DNA of 64,000 nucleotides from a virus. Its lineage: Duplodnaviria > Caudoviricetes. Made by a program: the position numbers and the translations under genes. The DNA lies in the IMG/VR virus record IMGVR_UViG_3300028886_000035, positions 1 to 64,000 of that record. One strand, 5' to 3'. The notes beneath the pieces were generated by a model. That model did not search any database. It saw nothing but the letters and a program-made list of their open reading frames with translations, and was not told the origin of the DNA. Shown here piece after piece: positions 37,644 through 48,044 of this stretch; position 1 is the first letter of the stretch; the number at the start of each line of letters is the position of its first letter.

Positions 37644-37886
37644 TTACATCAACTCTGTCGTTGTATAAGAAACATTATATTCACCCTTGGAAGTGAACTT
37701 AACCGTTGCCTTTTTCCCTGCACCATCATCAACTGTAATTTTTACAAGACCATGTGATACAAGAAAATTGAGTAGGTCGCCTTTTGCAAATTTTTCCCAT
37801 TGAAGATTATCCATTACTGCCGTTGTTGAATCTACTGCCTGTTCATTTGTTTTTAGTTCATCTGACATAATAAATACCTCTTTCAA
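37644..37886 (-). CDS. Hypothetical protein
   Basis: GAGGT SD; probable start at MSDELK. Confidence 0.55.
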   Translation of the reverse strand: MKEVFIMSDELKTNEQAVDSTTAVMDNLQWEKFAKGDLLNFLVSHGLVKITVDDGAGKKATVKFTSKGEYNVSYTTTELM

Positions 37887-37928
37887 AAAAACAATTTAAA
37901 CATTTATATTTATATTATACATATACAA

Positions 37929-39719
37929 TTAAATAATGTCAACACATTTATCTATTTTTTTTATTAGACCATCATCTTGACACAACATGCTTTTCAAAAA
38001 TTCATAATCATTTTTATTCAAATGACCACAAATCATTGAATATTTATATAATGCCCATATACCGATTTCTTTTTTAGTTTTATAAATTCTATAAAGTTCT
38101 TCAATATCATTTGTACATAATATATTATATAATTCAGATATATAATTTAAATCATTATCAACATCAACAACAACATTAAATTTATTTAGAATATTGTTGT
38201 TTTCTTTTTCAATATGCTTCTCTAATATATTTAATATGTTACTTCTATTAATATTTTTTTTAGGAATCAATTTATAATCAATTATATATTTAATACAATC
38301 ATCAGGAATTAATCCGTACAATTCATTATATTTTTGCAATTTTATCAATTTTCTTACGAATGTTCCATTTATATCAAAATTTTTATTTTTTAGTTTTTTT
38401 CTTGGTATACATATTACATTAATATCATATTGCCAAAACATAGTTTTAAGAAGATTGATATGTTGTGATGTTACATTATCATTTGTTTCTATTCCACATA
38501 AAAAATGTTTTATATTAAATTTTATAAAAATATTCCTTACTATATCCAACAAAGTATATGTATTGCTACCAATATAATTTTTATTTTTCCTTATGCATAA
38601 ATTGTTATATTCCTTCCAAAATGTTTGATAAGAAAAAATATCTGGTAGTGTAATTACAACAACGTTATTATATTTCTTAGTCCCAATTTTAACTAAACTC
38701 TCACAATTTTTTTTATCAAAAATTAAGTCTATACCACTTTGCATTAAAAATACAATGAATTTATCAAACAACTTTGACCCAACTGATACCAAATAATCAT
38801 GTCCTAATGTATATGGATTACAACTCATAACTGTTGCTCCTACATTTTCATAAGCATACAAATTCATATTATTTAATTCATTATATAACGTTTGTATTTT
38901 GGTATTATTTATTTTATTATTATTAATAAAATCATATACTTTTAATTTTAAATAAATTAAATTAGAAATTTCTTCATATGCAAATGATGTATAGTGTGCA
39001 AAATCAATAAATTTATTATATGTTGTATTAGAATTAAAATAATCGTTTAAATAAATTGTTGCATAGTTATTAACAAAATCATTAAAATATATTTTTGGTA
39101 TACAACATATTACAATATCATTATTTAATATTTTTGTGTTTATTACTCTATGAAACATATTTTCTATAGTTTCACCATTTGTAGCGAAATTATGAACACA
39201 AAAACTTTTAACTTTTTTCTGCAAATAGCTTGCCATCGTTTCTTCATCAGAAACATAATATCCTAATATAGTTGAATTACCAAACAAAAAAATGTTTTTA
39301 TTCACATTTTTTTGATTTACAGTTCTTCGTTCTCCGTTTTTTATATTCATTGTTTTAGATTGATAATCTTCAACACAAAAAAATGATGAGTGTTGTACGT
39401 TATCAGGATTATCATTTGATATTGACAATAAATATTCTTCATCATATTCACGAAAACAATTATAATATAATTTTTTATTATGTTGAACAACATCTATAAA
39501 TTTATCTTTTGAAAAATTCTTTAACACAACATTAAATTCATTGTTATATGAATATTTATTATTGTATACATCGTCAGAAAATATATTACTAATACACCTT
39601 TCAAAATTATTTTTATTTATTACGTCTTTAACACACGGTTGTTCTAATAAAAATAATTTCCCACCCCTTATAGAAACATATTTATCTATATCTTTTAAAA
39701 TTGTATTTATATTTCCCAT
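37929..39719 (-). CDS. Fusion of an SGNH-like domain and a citrate-lyase-ligase (CitC) C-terminal-like nucleotidyltransferase domain
   Basis: IFLFGNSTILG...NFATNG...FIDFAHY (SGNH blocks with DxxH); GATVMSCNPYTLGHDYLV resembles CitC VMNxNPFTxGH. Confidence 0.55.
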   Translation of the reverse strand: MGNINTILKDIDKYVSIRGGKLFLLEQPCVKDVINKNNFERCISNIFSDDVYNNKYSYNNEFNVVLKNFSKDKFIDVVQHNKKLYYNCFREYDEEYLLSISNDNPDNVQHSSFFCVEDYQSKTMNIKNGERRTVNQKNVNKNIFLFGNSTILGYYVSDEETMASYLQKKVKSFCVHNFATNGETIENMFHRVINTKILNNDIVICCIPKIYFNDFVNNYATIYLNDYFNSNTTYNKFIDFAHYTSFAYEEISNLIYLKLKVYDFINNNKINNTKIQTLYNELNNMNLYAYENVGATVMSCNPYTLGHDYLVSVGSKLFDKFIVFLMQSGIDLIFDKKNCESLVKIGTKKYNNVVVITLPDIFSYQTFWKEYNNLCIRKNKNYIGSNTYTLLDIVRNIFIKFNIKHFLCGIETNDNVTSQHINLLKTMFWQYDINVICIPRKKLKNKNFDINGTFVRKLIKLQKYNELYGLIPDDCIKYIIDYKLIPKKNINRSNILNILEKHIEKENNNILNKFNVVVDVDNDLNYISELYNILCTNDIEELYRIYKTKKEIGIWALYKYSMICGHLNKNDYEFLKSMLCQDDGLIKKIDKCVDII

Positions 39720-40540
39720 TCTTTTTCCTCCATTGAACTAATTTTCCAATCAACCAAGGAATGTTTATGGCAATATTTACAAAAATTTATTCCTTCATCT
39801 TTATTATTTAATTCTATTATCTTATCTAAATTATTTATATTAAAAATATTAACATAATCTTTTCCATAGACCACTTTATATTTTTTATAAAAATAAACAT
39901 TGTACTTATCAATATTAGCAGGAATAATACAGGGGAAATAATCTCCGTTCCAATTTAATTGAGCACATGGAAATACATTATAAAATTCATAATTATTTTT
40001 ATCTTCATTTTGCTTAATTATGTCAATATCACAAGTATAATTATTACAACATTTGTATTTATTATTCCCATCAATATTTAAATTTGTTTTATAAAATTTT
40101 TTGCCAACATAATATTTTGAACACAAAATTTCAATATTATGACAAAAACAGTAGTCCTTAATTCTATCATTTAATAATATTCCATTTGTTACAATTTTCA
40201 AATTAATATTTGGAAAAATTCTTTTTGAAATGTCTAGTATTTCAAAAAGTTTGCTATGTAATAATGGTTCTCCACCCATTAAACTAATTCCATAAAATTT
40301 TTTATCTTTAATAATAAACTTAATCCTATTTAATAAATTTTCAAAAACCTGAACACCTATTTCTTTGTGTTTATAAACTAATGGGGCAAAATGGTCGCAG
40401 TAAGCACAATTTAAATTACAATCTTCAACAATAGATATATCTATTTTTCCTAATCCATTTTTTCGATATGATAATTCATCTATATATTTTTTTATTGTAT
40501 GCATATCTTTTTTTACTAATAAATCTATCATACCAATCAA
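39707..40540 (-). CDS. Radical SAM enzyme (short, non-SPASM)
   Basis: CNLNCAYCDHFAPL, MGGEPLLH, IVTNG; paralogue of 42376..43140. Confidence 0.9.
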   Translation of the reverse strand: MIGMIDLLVKKDMHTIKKYIDELSYRKNGLGKIDISIVEDCNLNCAYCDHFAPLVYKHKEIGVQVFENLLNRIKFIIKDKKFYGISLMGGEPLLHSKLFEILDISKRIFPNINLKIVTNGILLNDRIKDYCFCHNIEILCSKYYVGKKFYKTNLNIDGNNKYKCCNNYTCDIDIIKQNEDKNNYEFYNVFPCAQLNWNGDYFPCIIPANIDKYNVYFYKKYKVVYGKDYVNIFNINNLDKIIELNNKDEGINFCKYCHKHSLVDWKISSMEEKEWEI

Positions 40541-40541
40541 C

Positions 40542-41405
40542 TCACCCCATGATTAATTTAAGAATTAAGTCATCTTTTTTCATAAATAATTTATTTTCTA
40601 TTTCATTTTTTGTTATATTTAAATTTTGCTCTACATTATCATCAATATTAAATAACGAAAGATAATCAGTTAAACCATCATCTTGTGACTTATTTTTCGG
40701 AGAATAATGTACTTTTTTACCTAACCACAAAAATTCAAATATCATTTTCCCTATATTTTCAGAATATATTCCTTTTGTTATTTCTCTCCACCGTTGATAT
40801 TCTAATTTATTATACATCATATATTTAAATTTAATTTCATCTGTATCTTCAGTATTTCTTACGCTTTCATTAAATACCTGATTTATTACTGGAAATTTAT
40901 TTTTTATAAATTCTAACCTTTCATTTGAAAATTTATGATAATATAAATAATAATTATTCCTATAAAAATTCATATTAATTCGATTACCTAAAACAAAAAC
41001 ATTTTCCATCTGTTCAATATAATTATTTTTTATATTGTTATTTGTAATGTAATCATAAAACATTAAGCCTGAATCCAAAACAATTATTTTATTATAACAA
41101 AATTTCAAACAAGATAAATATTTTGTAATAGAAAATGAAACAATTAAAACATTAAATTTATTATTTTTATAAAATTTATCAATATTATTTATATCTATAA
41201 ATTCACAATTTACTTTATTAAGAGGTAAAGATTTATATATAGTTTTTATGTATAACATTTGTTCTTGTAGCTTCAAGCAATCAATAAAAATATAACATTT
41301 TAAATTAACTACACCATATTTTTTTAAATTGAAATATAAATCAAACAAAGATGTGGTTATTCCATTCATTTGTGGATAAAACAATATAATCCCAACATTA
41401 TCCAT
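40542..41405 (-). CDS. Putative divergent GT-B glycosyltransferase
   Basis: N-terminal NGITTS and C-terminal ENIGKMIFE (E-x7-E); paralogue of 45998..46909. Confidence 0.45.
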   Translation of the reverse strand: MDNVGIILFYPQMNGITTSLFDLYFNLKKYGVVNLKCYIFIDCLKLQEQMLYIKTIYKSLPLNKVNCEFIDINNIDKFYKNNKFNVLIVSFSITKYLSCLKFCYNKIIVLDSGLMFYDYITNNNIKNNYIEQMENVFVLGNRINMNFYRNNYYLYYHKFSNERLEFIKNKFPVINQVFNESVRNTEDTDEIKFKYMMYNKLEYQRWREITKGIYSENIGKMIFEFLWLGKKVHYSPKNKSQDDGLTDYLSLFNIDDNVEQNLNITKNEIENKLFMKKDDLILKLIMG

Positions 41406-42388
41406 TATTCTATCATACCTTTTATAATATTCTTTAAATTGTTTTCATCTTTTATTTTTAATATAATATTTCCTTTTTTTGTGACATAATTGTTATTTTT
41501 GATTTTAAAAAATAAATCATTTAAACATTCATCATATAAATTATTTATTATTACTAAATAGTTATAATTATAATATTTTTGTATTGCTTTTAAAACATTA
41601 ATCTTCTTTTCTATATCAAAATCAATAAAATACGATATATCAAAATGTAATTGGTTTACATCAATTTTTAAATCGGTTAAAACAATAGCTTTTCCTTTAT
41701 ACAACTGATAAAACTCATTATATAACATTCTCATATATTGAATTTGTGGATAAACATTCATTATTCTCTTAATATTTTTTCTAATAAAAAATTTTGCTAT
41801 TGGATAATCACAAAATTTATAATTTTTTGTTTTTGAAACATATCTAAAAATAATTTCATCATCTGCCATACGTTTATATCTTAAATCCCACCCACCAAAT
41901 TTATCATAACAAATTCTTTTATGAGCAAAAGAACAAGTGTCAACTTGATTATTTTCAAATATATCAACTTTAGAACAATCTAATCCTTTTTCTTCTATTT
42001 TACCATTATCATATACAATTAAATATTTTGTTGTAATAACTTCTGTATTTTTATCAATATAATTTAATAATTTTTCACAACAATATTTATCAACCTGGTC
42101 ATCATCATCAGGATAAATTACCCATTCACCGGTTGAATGTTCAACACCATAATTTCTTGCATAACAATGTCCATGATTTTTATCAAACCTATATAAAAAT
42201 ACTCTATCATCATTTAATTTATCAATAAAATTTTTCTTTAATTTATATTGATTTTTTTCGGAACAATCATCTACAACAATTAGTTCTATATTTTTATATG
42301 TTTGATTTACAATTGCTTGCACAGATAGCTTGAAATATTCATACCTATTAAAAGTTGGCATTATAAAAGAAAATTTTATTCCATCCAT
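41405..42388 (-). CDS. GT2-family glycosyltransferase
   Basis: FSFIMPTFNR, IVVDDCS, GHCYARNYG, YPDDDD. Confidence 0.9.
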   Translation of the reverse strand: MDGIKFSFIMPTFNRYEYFKLSVQAIVNQTYKNIELIVVDDCSEKNQYKLKKNFIDKLNDDRVFLYRFDKNHGHCYARNYGVEHSTGEWVIYPDDDDQVDKYCCEKLLNYIDKNTEVITTKYLIVYDNGKIEEKGLDCSKVDIFENNQVDTCSFAHKRICYDKFGGWDLRYKRMADDEIIFRYVSKTKNYKFCDYPIAKFFIRKNIKRIMNVYPQIQYMRMLYNEFYQLYKGKAIVLTDLKIDVNQLHFDISYFIDFDIEKKINVLKAIQKYYNYNYLVIINNLYDECLNDLFFKIKNNNYVTKKGNIILKIKDENNLKNIIKGMIE

Positions 42389-43140
42389 TCGTTCTTATCC
42401 TTTTTAGATTTTTCCCACTCTATATTTTCAATTGGTTTTCTACAATATTTACAAAAATCGTTCTTGTGAGTATAAAAATTACAGATTGTCTCATCTGTAA
42501 CTGAATCATCATATATATCTAATATGTCACCATCTTTTACTACAAAATTTTCATTAAAATAGTCATTAAATATATCTATATATGCTTGTATTGGGCATAA
42601 AAACAATTTCCCATCTTTTAGTTGTATACTTTCCCAATGTATCATACAACAATCAAATTCTGTTTGTTTTGCTTCATGTGTTAATATATGTTTTCTTAAA
42701 ATTTTTGTATATTGTTTTTTATTAAAATCTTTTGTTCTAATTCCTTCTATTTCTAACAATTTGAATATACCTTTATAATCAATGTTTACAGGATATTTAG
42801 TTATTTCAACTAAAATATCATATTTTTTTATATACGGTAATAACTCATGTAATCTTTGTAACAAAAGTAATCCATTAGTCAAAAAAGAAATATTTGTATT
42901 AGGGCTAATCTCTTTTATAGCATCAAAAAATAAACATATATTTTTATGTAATAATGGCTCCCCACCAAATATCCTAACATTATCCACATTAATTTTATTA
43001 GTTAATTGTTTAAAATCTTTTTTAAATTCTTCAACATTAGCAAACCATGATTTTGACAATGGGGCAAAATGAGCACACCCTTTACAATTTAAATTACAAT
43101 GGTTTGTAATATGATATTCTATCATTCTAAGATGTTTCAT
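42376..43140 (-). CDS. Radical SAM enzyme (short, non-SPASM)
   Basis: CNLNCKGCAHFAPL, FGGEPLLH, FLTNG, GKLFLCP, FCKYC. Confidence 0.9.
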   Translation of the reverse strand: MKHLRMIEYHITNHCNLNCKGCAHFAPLSKSWFANVEEFKKDFKQLTNKINVDNVRIFGGEPLLHKNICLFFDAIKEISPNTNISFLTNGLLLLQRLHELLPYIKKYDILVEITKYPVNIDYKGIFKLLEIEGIRTKDFNKKQYTKILRKHILTHEAKQTEFDCCMIHWESIQLKDGKLFLCPIQAYIDIFNDYFNENFVVKDGDILDIYDDSVTDETICNFYTHKNDFCKYCRKPIENIEWEKSKKDKNEWME

Positions 43141-43145
43141 AAAAT

Positions 43146-44387
43146 TTAGACTCCCTTATCTAATATTTTTTTTATTAACGATATTTTACTTAAATTCTGC
43201 CAAGTTGTATCGTCTGTTCTAAAAATATTAATTTTTACATTTTCAATATTTACAATTTTATCTAATGGAAAATACATCCATATATTTTTAACTAATTCTT
43301 TATCAGCAATTGAATTTGCATTTTTATTAATAGCATATGAATTTTTATAAACATATAAGCAACCTGGATTTAATACACAATCTTTAATTTTATTTAAAAT
43401 TATTTTGCTATCTTCTCCAACGATAAGCCAATCAAAAGCATTTTTTATATCAAATATACTAGTTCCAATAGTAAACTGTTTTGGATTTATATTTTTATTA
43501 TTAGTTGATATACAAACCTCATCAACTTTTTTTAATTGCTCCATTTTTAATTCATTCCATTTATAATTATTTTTTTTATAATCTTCTTTAGTAATAAGTT
43601 TTACGTTGTTTAATTTAATATTATCATTTTTTAATAACATATTAAATACTGTTTTACTCATATATGTAATATTTTCATTATCCATCGCCATTGGCAATCC
43701 TAATCTTGCTCCACAAAATTGACACCAATACATTTGTTTTTGATAACTAGTTTCTTTCCACCAATCTTTTTGAACTTTGAATCCTGTATTACCATCATAT
43801 AGCATGTCCATAGCTCCAGCCATTTCACAAAAAAAAGCACCATGATTATTAATTACTGCTCCACAATCATTATTTACCCAACAATTTTTACTTTGCTTAA
43901 TAAATTCTTCATCAGATATTCCAAGGTCTTTATAATAAACCATAGTTGTAAAATGATTAGTATAATTACTATGGTCATTACATCTTAAAGAATGAAATGT
44001 ATCATCAATATCTTCAAAATAATCATAAAACTGCTTTGGAACACTTGTAAATAATCTTAGTTTACCATTATTATCAGGCATAGTATTTAAAGCATAATCA
44101 TATATATCACTAATTGGATAACGAAAAAATCCATACTTTTTTTTGTATTTCGTTTGTAAATATTTCATTATTTCTTTAAAAAATGGATGTAATAATGGTT
44201 CTCCACCCATAATTGATATTTGCCCATTCCAATTATCCAATGAATCTATTGCATTTTTTACATCATGCAAATTCATAAAATATGGATTATTATTCAATTG
44301 ACAAAATCTCATACAATTAGCACATTTATTTACACATGAATTTGTAATATCTATCAAAATAGATTTTTTATCTTTAATTAATTTCAT
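43146..44387 (-). CDS. Radical SAM enzyme with C-terminal extension
   Basis: CVNKCANC, MGGEPLLHP, CW...C...GAFFCE...CQFC. Confidence 0.85.
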   Translation of the reverse strand: MKLIKDKKSILIDITNSCVNKCANCMRFCQLNNNPYFMNLHDVKNAIDSLDNWNGQISIMGGEPLLHPFFKEIMKYLQTKYKKKYGFFRYPISDIYDYALNTMPDNNGKLRLFTSVPKQFYDYFEDIDDTFHSLRCNDHSNYTNHFTTMVYYKDLGISDEEFIKQSKNCWVNNDCGAVINNHGAFFCEMAGAMDMLYDGNTGFKVQKDWWKETSYQKQMYWCQFCGARLGLPMAMDNENITYMSKTVFNMLLKNDNIKLNNVKLITKEDYKKNNYKWNELKMEQLKKVDEVCISTNNKNINPKQFTIGTSIFDIKNAFDWLIVGEDSKIILNKIKDCVLNPGCLYVYKNSYAINKNANSIADKELVKNIWMYFPLDKIVNIENVKINIFRTDDTTWQNLSKISLIKKILDKGV

Positions 44388-44392
44388 TATAA

Positions 44393-45982
44393 TTATTCCT
44401 TATACGAAACTTTATTTTCAATAATTAACCCATCTAATTTTTCTTGATACATTCTATACATATCACTAAAATAATTAAAAATTGGTAATCCACTATCATT
44501 AAACGATGTATTAATTAAAATTGCAACTCCTGTTTTGTTGCCAAACGCATATAACAAATTATATAACCATTTATCATCTTTTTCACTAACTGTTTGTATA
44601 CGAATTGTTCCATCTTTATGTATAGCACCTAACAAATTATCAATTTTAGGTTTAGCTAAAATATTCATATATGGAACTTGAATATTAATGTCAAAATATT
44701 CACTTATTTTATCATCAGGTACAATAATTCCGTATGGTCTATACCATTCTCTACCTTTAATGGTATTTAATCTATCATGCATTTCTTTATGAAATGGAGA
44801 AGCCAATATACTACGTCTACCTAACGCCCTAGCTCCCATTTCTATGTTACCACGACAAACGCCAACAATTTTATCATCATTTAATTTATCAACAAGCTCA
44901 TCTATATCGAATGTTTTAAATTTATTTTGTTTTCTCTCAAAAATTTCTTTTTCTTCCATATTATTCGTACAAGAATAATTATTTGATGAAATATATTTCA
45001 ATTCATCAGGTTTATAATGCAATAAATAATTTAAAACTGCACCGTATGACTGTCCTGTATCTGCAACTATAGGAGTATAATATACATGGTTAAACCAATT
45101 GGTTTTTTCAATCATATAATTTAGCATACAATTCATAGCGCAACCGCCCGAAAATACTAAATTATCACTTTCATGACGATATTGAGCCAATTCTCTCATT
45201 ATCCAATCAATCCATAATTTTTGCATTGTATATGCTAAATCATACTTATCAAATTCTTTACTTTGTTCATCCAAAAAATTATAAATATATGTTTCAATCG
45301 CTTCTTTATCTTCCCATATATTCCAATTTACATCTTTTATTGCTTTTTCAAAATCATCAATATTTTTAATCTGAACAAAATTATTAGATAAACCTGCATA
45401 AGCCATAAATTTTCCTTCTAAACCTTGTTCGTACTTATGACGCTTATCTAAAAAATAACAAGAAAGAACTTCATAATACATACCATAAGAAAATTTCTGT
45501 TCTTGATATAATTTTGTTAATTTATTATTTTGCCAATGATAGAAAGCATGATTTCCATCACCTTTACCATCTATAGATAAGCAAAGTGCGTCCTTTAAAT
45601 TATTTTCAATTATAGCAGGTAACACATGGTTTTCTTGATGATGGAATTTAATTACATCACAACGTTCCAACATTTTAACAAAATCATATGATTCTTTTTT
45701 CAAATACCCATCTTTAAATGTTTTATAATTCCAACAAACTACATCAAAATGGTCTACACCAAATTGTTCTTTGATAATTTTTTGACATTTATATAAATTA
45801 TTACGAAGTTTATCGTTATAAATTCTATCTATTTCAGGCATATAATCAATTATATCTGAATGAAAAGAAAAATGCTTCTTTTTTAAGAATTTTTCTAATT
45901 CAATATATTTTAATTCTTTTGTATCTGTATTATAATATGTAACATTATAGTCTTGATAACATTGTATTCCTAGAATTTTCAT
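44393..45982 (-). CDS. O-carbamoyltransferase (NodU/CmcH/TobZ family)
   Basis: HHxxH, IDGKGD, EGKFMAYA, FSGGCAMN, EMGARALGRRSILA, KGREWYRPY, HKDGTIRIQTV, LINTSFN. Confidence 0.9.
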   Translation of the reverse strand: MKILGIQCYQDYNVTYYNTDTKELKYIELEKFLKKKHFSFHSDIIDYMPEIDRIYNDKLRNNLYKCQKIIKEQFGVDHFDVVCWNYKTFKDGYLKKESYDFVKMLERCDVIKFHHQENHVLPAIIENNLKDALCLSIDGKGDGNHAFYHWQNNKLTKLYQEQKFSYGMYYEVLSCYFLDKRHKYEQGLEGKFMAYAGLSNNFVQIKNIDDFEKAIKDVNWNIWEDKEAIETYIYNFLDEQSKEFDKYDLAYTMQKLWIDWIMRELAQYRHESDNLVFSGGCAMNCMLNYMIEKTNWFNHVYYTPIVADTGQSYGAVLNYLLHYKPDELKYISSNNYSCTNNMEEKEIFERKQNKFKTFDIDELVDKLNDDKIVGVCRGNIEMGARALGRRSILASPFHKEMHDRLNTIKGREWYRPYGIIVPDDKISEYFDINIQVPYMNILAKPKIDNLLGAIHKDGTIRIQTVSEKDDKWLYNLLYAFGNKTGVAILINTSFNDSGLPIFNYFSDMYRMYQEKLDGLIIENKVSYKE

Positions 45983-45997
45983 ATATCCAACTTCTTT

Positions 45998-46909
45998 CTA
46001 AAACAATGATAAAAATTCATCATTTGATTGCATAAATAATTTTTCTTCAAAATATTGTTTTTCTTTGTTTGTAAAAATATATGTATTATTATCATCTAAA
46101 TCCAAATAATTCATATATTCACTTAAACCATCATAAAACTTTTTGTTTTTTGGTAAATACTGTGATTCTTTCCCCAATAAAATAAATTCAAACATTAATT
46201 TACCAATATTTTCGTAATATCTCGCACCATCATCTGTGTATAAATTATCATTATTTTTTTTATCATATCTATAATATAAATATTTTTTATAATCAAACGG
46301 TTTAATATTATTACCATTTATTTTATTTTTATAATAATCTTCTGCAATTAAAATATCATTTTTTGTTGTAGATAACTTCTTTAATTTTTCTATTCGTTCT
46401 TTAGAAAATTTCATATACCAAATAAAATTATCTTCCACAAATTTAGAATTATATTGATTGCAAACTGTCAAAACTTTGTGTTCCTTTATATAATTTATTT
46501 CATCATTGTATATTGTTAAATCTTTTTGTTGTTTTTTATATATAAATGCAGGATATAATAAAATCTCTTGTTTTGCAGATTGTTTAAAACGATTATTTTT
46601 TTGCAATTTGATTATTTCTGAACTTATGATATTTATATCACCTTTTATATTATAAGTCATTTTTTTATGTTTAATGATACTTGTATTTCCATACGTATCC
46701 ATGTATTTTCCAACCCATAAAGGCAAATAACAAATACCATCACCAAATGCTAAATATTCCCTAAATCGTCTTAACAAATTTTTATCTTCGTATAAAATAA
46801 TAAATCTTACATCATGATTTGTAAACTTTCTTAAATTATAAAATGTATCTTCAAATGATGTATAAGCTCCATTTAATTCATAAAACAAATAAATTAAGTT
46901 AATTTTCAT
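45998..46909 (-). CDS. Putative divergent GT-B glycosyltransferase
   Basis: NGAYTS and ENIGKLMFE (E-x7-E); paralogue of 40542..41405. Confidence 0.45.
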   Translation of the reverse strand: MKINLIYLFYELNGAYTSFEDTFYNLRKFTNHDVRFIILYEDKNLLRRFREYLAFGDGICYLPLWVGKYMDTYGNTSIIKHKKMTYNIKGDINIISSEIIKLQKNNRFKQSAKQEILLYPAFIYKKQQKDLTIYNDEINYIKEHKVLTVCNQYNSKFVEDNFIWYMKFSKERIEKLKKLSTTKNDILIAEDYYKNKINGNNIKPFDYKKYLYYRYDKKNNDNLYTDDGARYYENIGKLMFEFILLGKESQYLPKNKKFYDGLSEYMNYLDLDDNNTYIFTNKEKQYFEEKLFMQSNDEFLSLF

Positions 46910-48044
46910 CGTCTACACTCTCAATACATTCATTGATTTTTTTCATAATATTATTTATATCATATTTTTTTGCTTCGTCTAAACAATTTTGTCTCATATT
47001 AGATTTGCCAATCTTCATAATTTTATCCATATTTTCATCAAAATTATTATCGATTAACCATCCATTATATCCATCTTTAATAAGGTAATTCATTACTTTA
47101 CATTCTTTAAACCCAACTATGGGTACACCATACGATAATGCTTCTATAATAACTGTCGGCAATCCTTCATATTTTGATGGAACAACCAAAACATCTGCAT
47201 TTTTGTAAAATGCACTTACATTTTCTTGATAACCGTAATAATGTATATTTGGATAATTATATTTATCCATATCTATATATCCAAAACCTTTATAACTATA
47301 TCCGACTACATCACATTCATAATCTGTATTTTTAACCCAATCTAACAATATATGTGTTCTTTTTGTATCACTATTAATACGCCCAACATATAATATTTTA
47401 TTTCTATTAGATTTAATATCAATATTATTCGGGATATCTATGCAATTATAAAAGACAACCGACTTTTCTTTATATTTTTCACTTATATATTGCGGTAATA
47501 AAAAAGCCAATATATCACAATTTTTTAATACTAATTCATATAAACTTTTTTCATCTTTTAAAATTTCTTGTTTACGAATATAATCCATAGCACGAATATG
47601 AGTAATAGTATCCATCATAAACTGCGGTTCATTATGAAAAAACATAATAATTGGTATTTTAGAAACTTTTGATATAATTGTCCAAAATAATGCATCTTGT
47701 CCACAACTAGCATTACAAAATATACATTTAGGTTTTATATTTCTAATTTTAACTACATAATCATTAATTAGTCCACGAGATAAATATGTATTTATATTTG
47801 TATGTATTGTAACATTATCAATATCAACACATTTTTCTCCTGAAATAAATAAATGGACATTATATTTTTTGCTCAATTCATTGCAAATTTTTAATGTATA
47901 TCTTTCTGCTCCCCACAAATAATTATGTGTTTCTCTTTTACCCATACTATTTGTAACGACTACTGTATTATTGTCACCTATATATGTATCAAATTTATTT
48001 CCTATCATAAATTGCAATAGAAACATATCATTTTTTGTATTCAC
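46899..48044 (-). CDS. GT4-family (GT-B) glycosyltransferase
   Basis: GAERY, ILYVGRI, ADVLVVPSKYEGLPTVIIEALSYGVPIV, DGYNGWL. Confidence 0.9.
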   Translation of the reverse strand: MNTKNDMFLLQFMIGNKFDTYIGDNNTVVVTNSMGKRETHNYLWGAERYTLKICNELSKKYNVHLFISGEKCVDIDNVTIHTNINTYLSRGLINDYVVKIRNIKPKCIFCNASCGQDALFWTIISKVSKIPIIMFFHNEPQFMMDTITHIRAMDYIRKQEILKDEKSLYELVLKNCDILAFLLPQYISEKYKEKSVVFYNCIDIPNNIDIKSNRNKILYVGRINSDTKRTHILLDWVKNTDYECDVVGYSYKGFGYIDMDKYNYPNIHYYGYQENVSAFYKNADVLVVPSKYEGLPTVIIEALSYGVPIVGFKECKVMNYLIKDGYNGWLIDNNFDENMDKIMKIGKSNMRQNCLDEAKKYDINNIMKKINECIESVDDEN

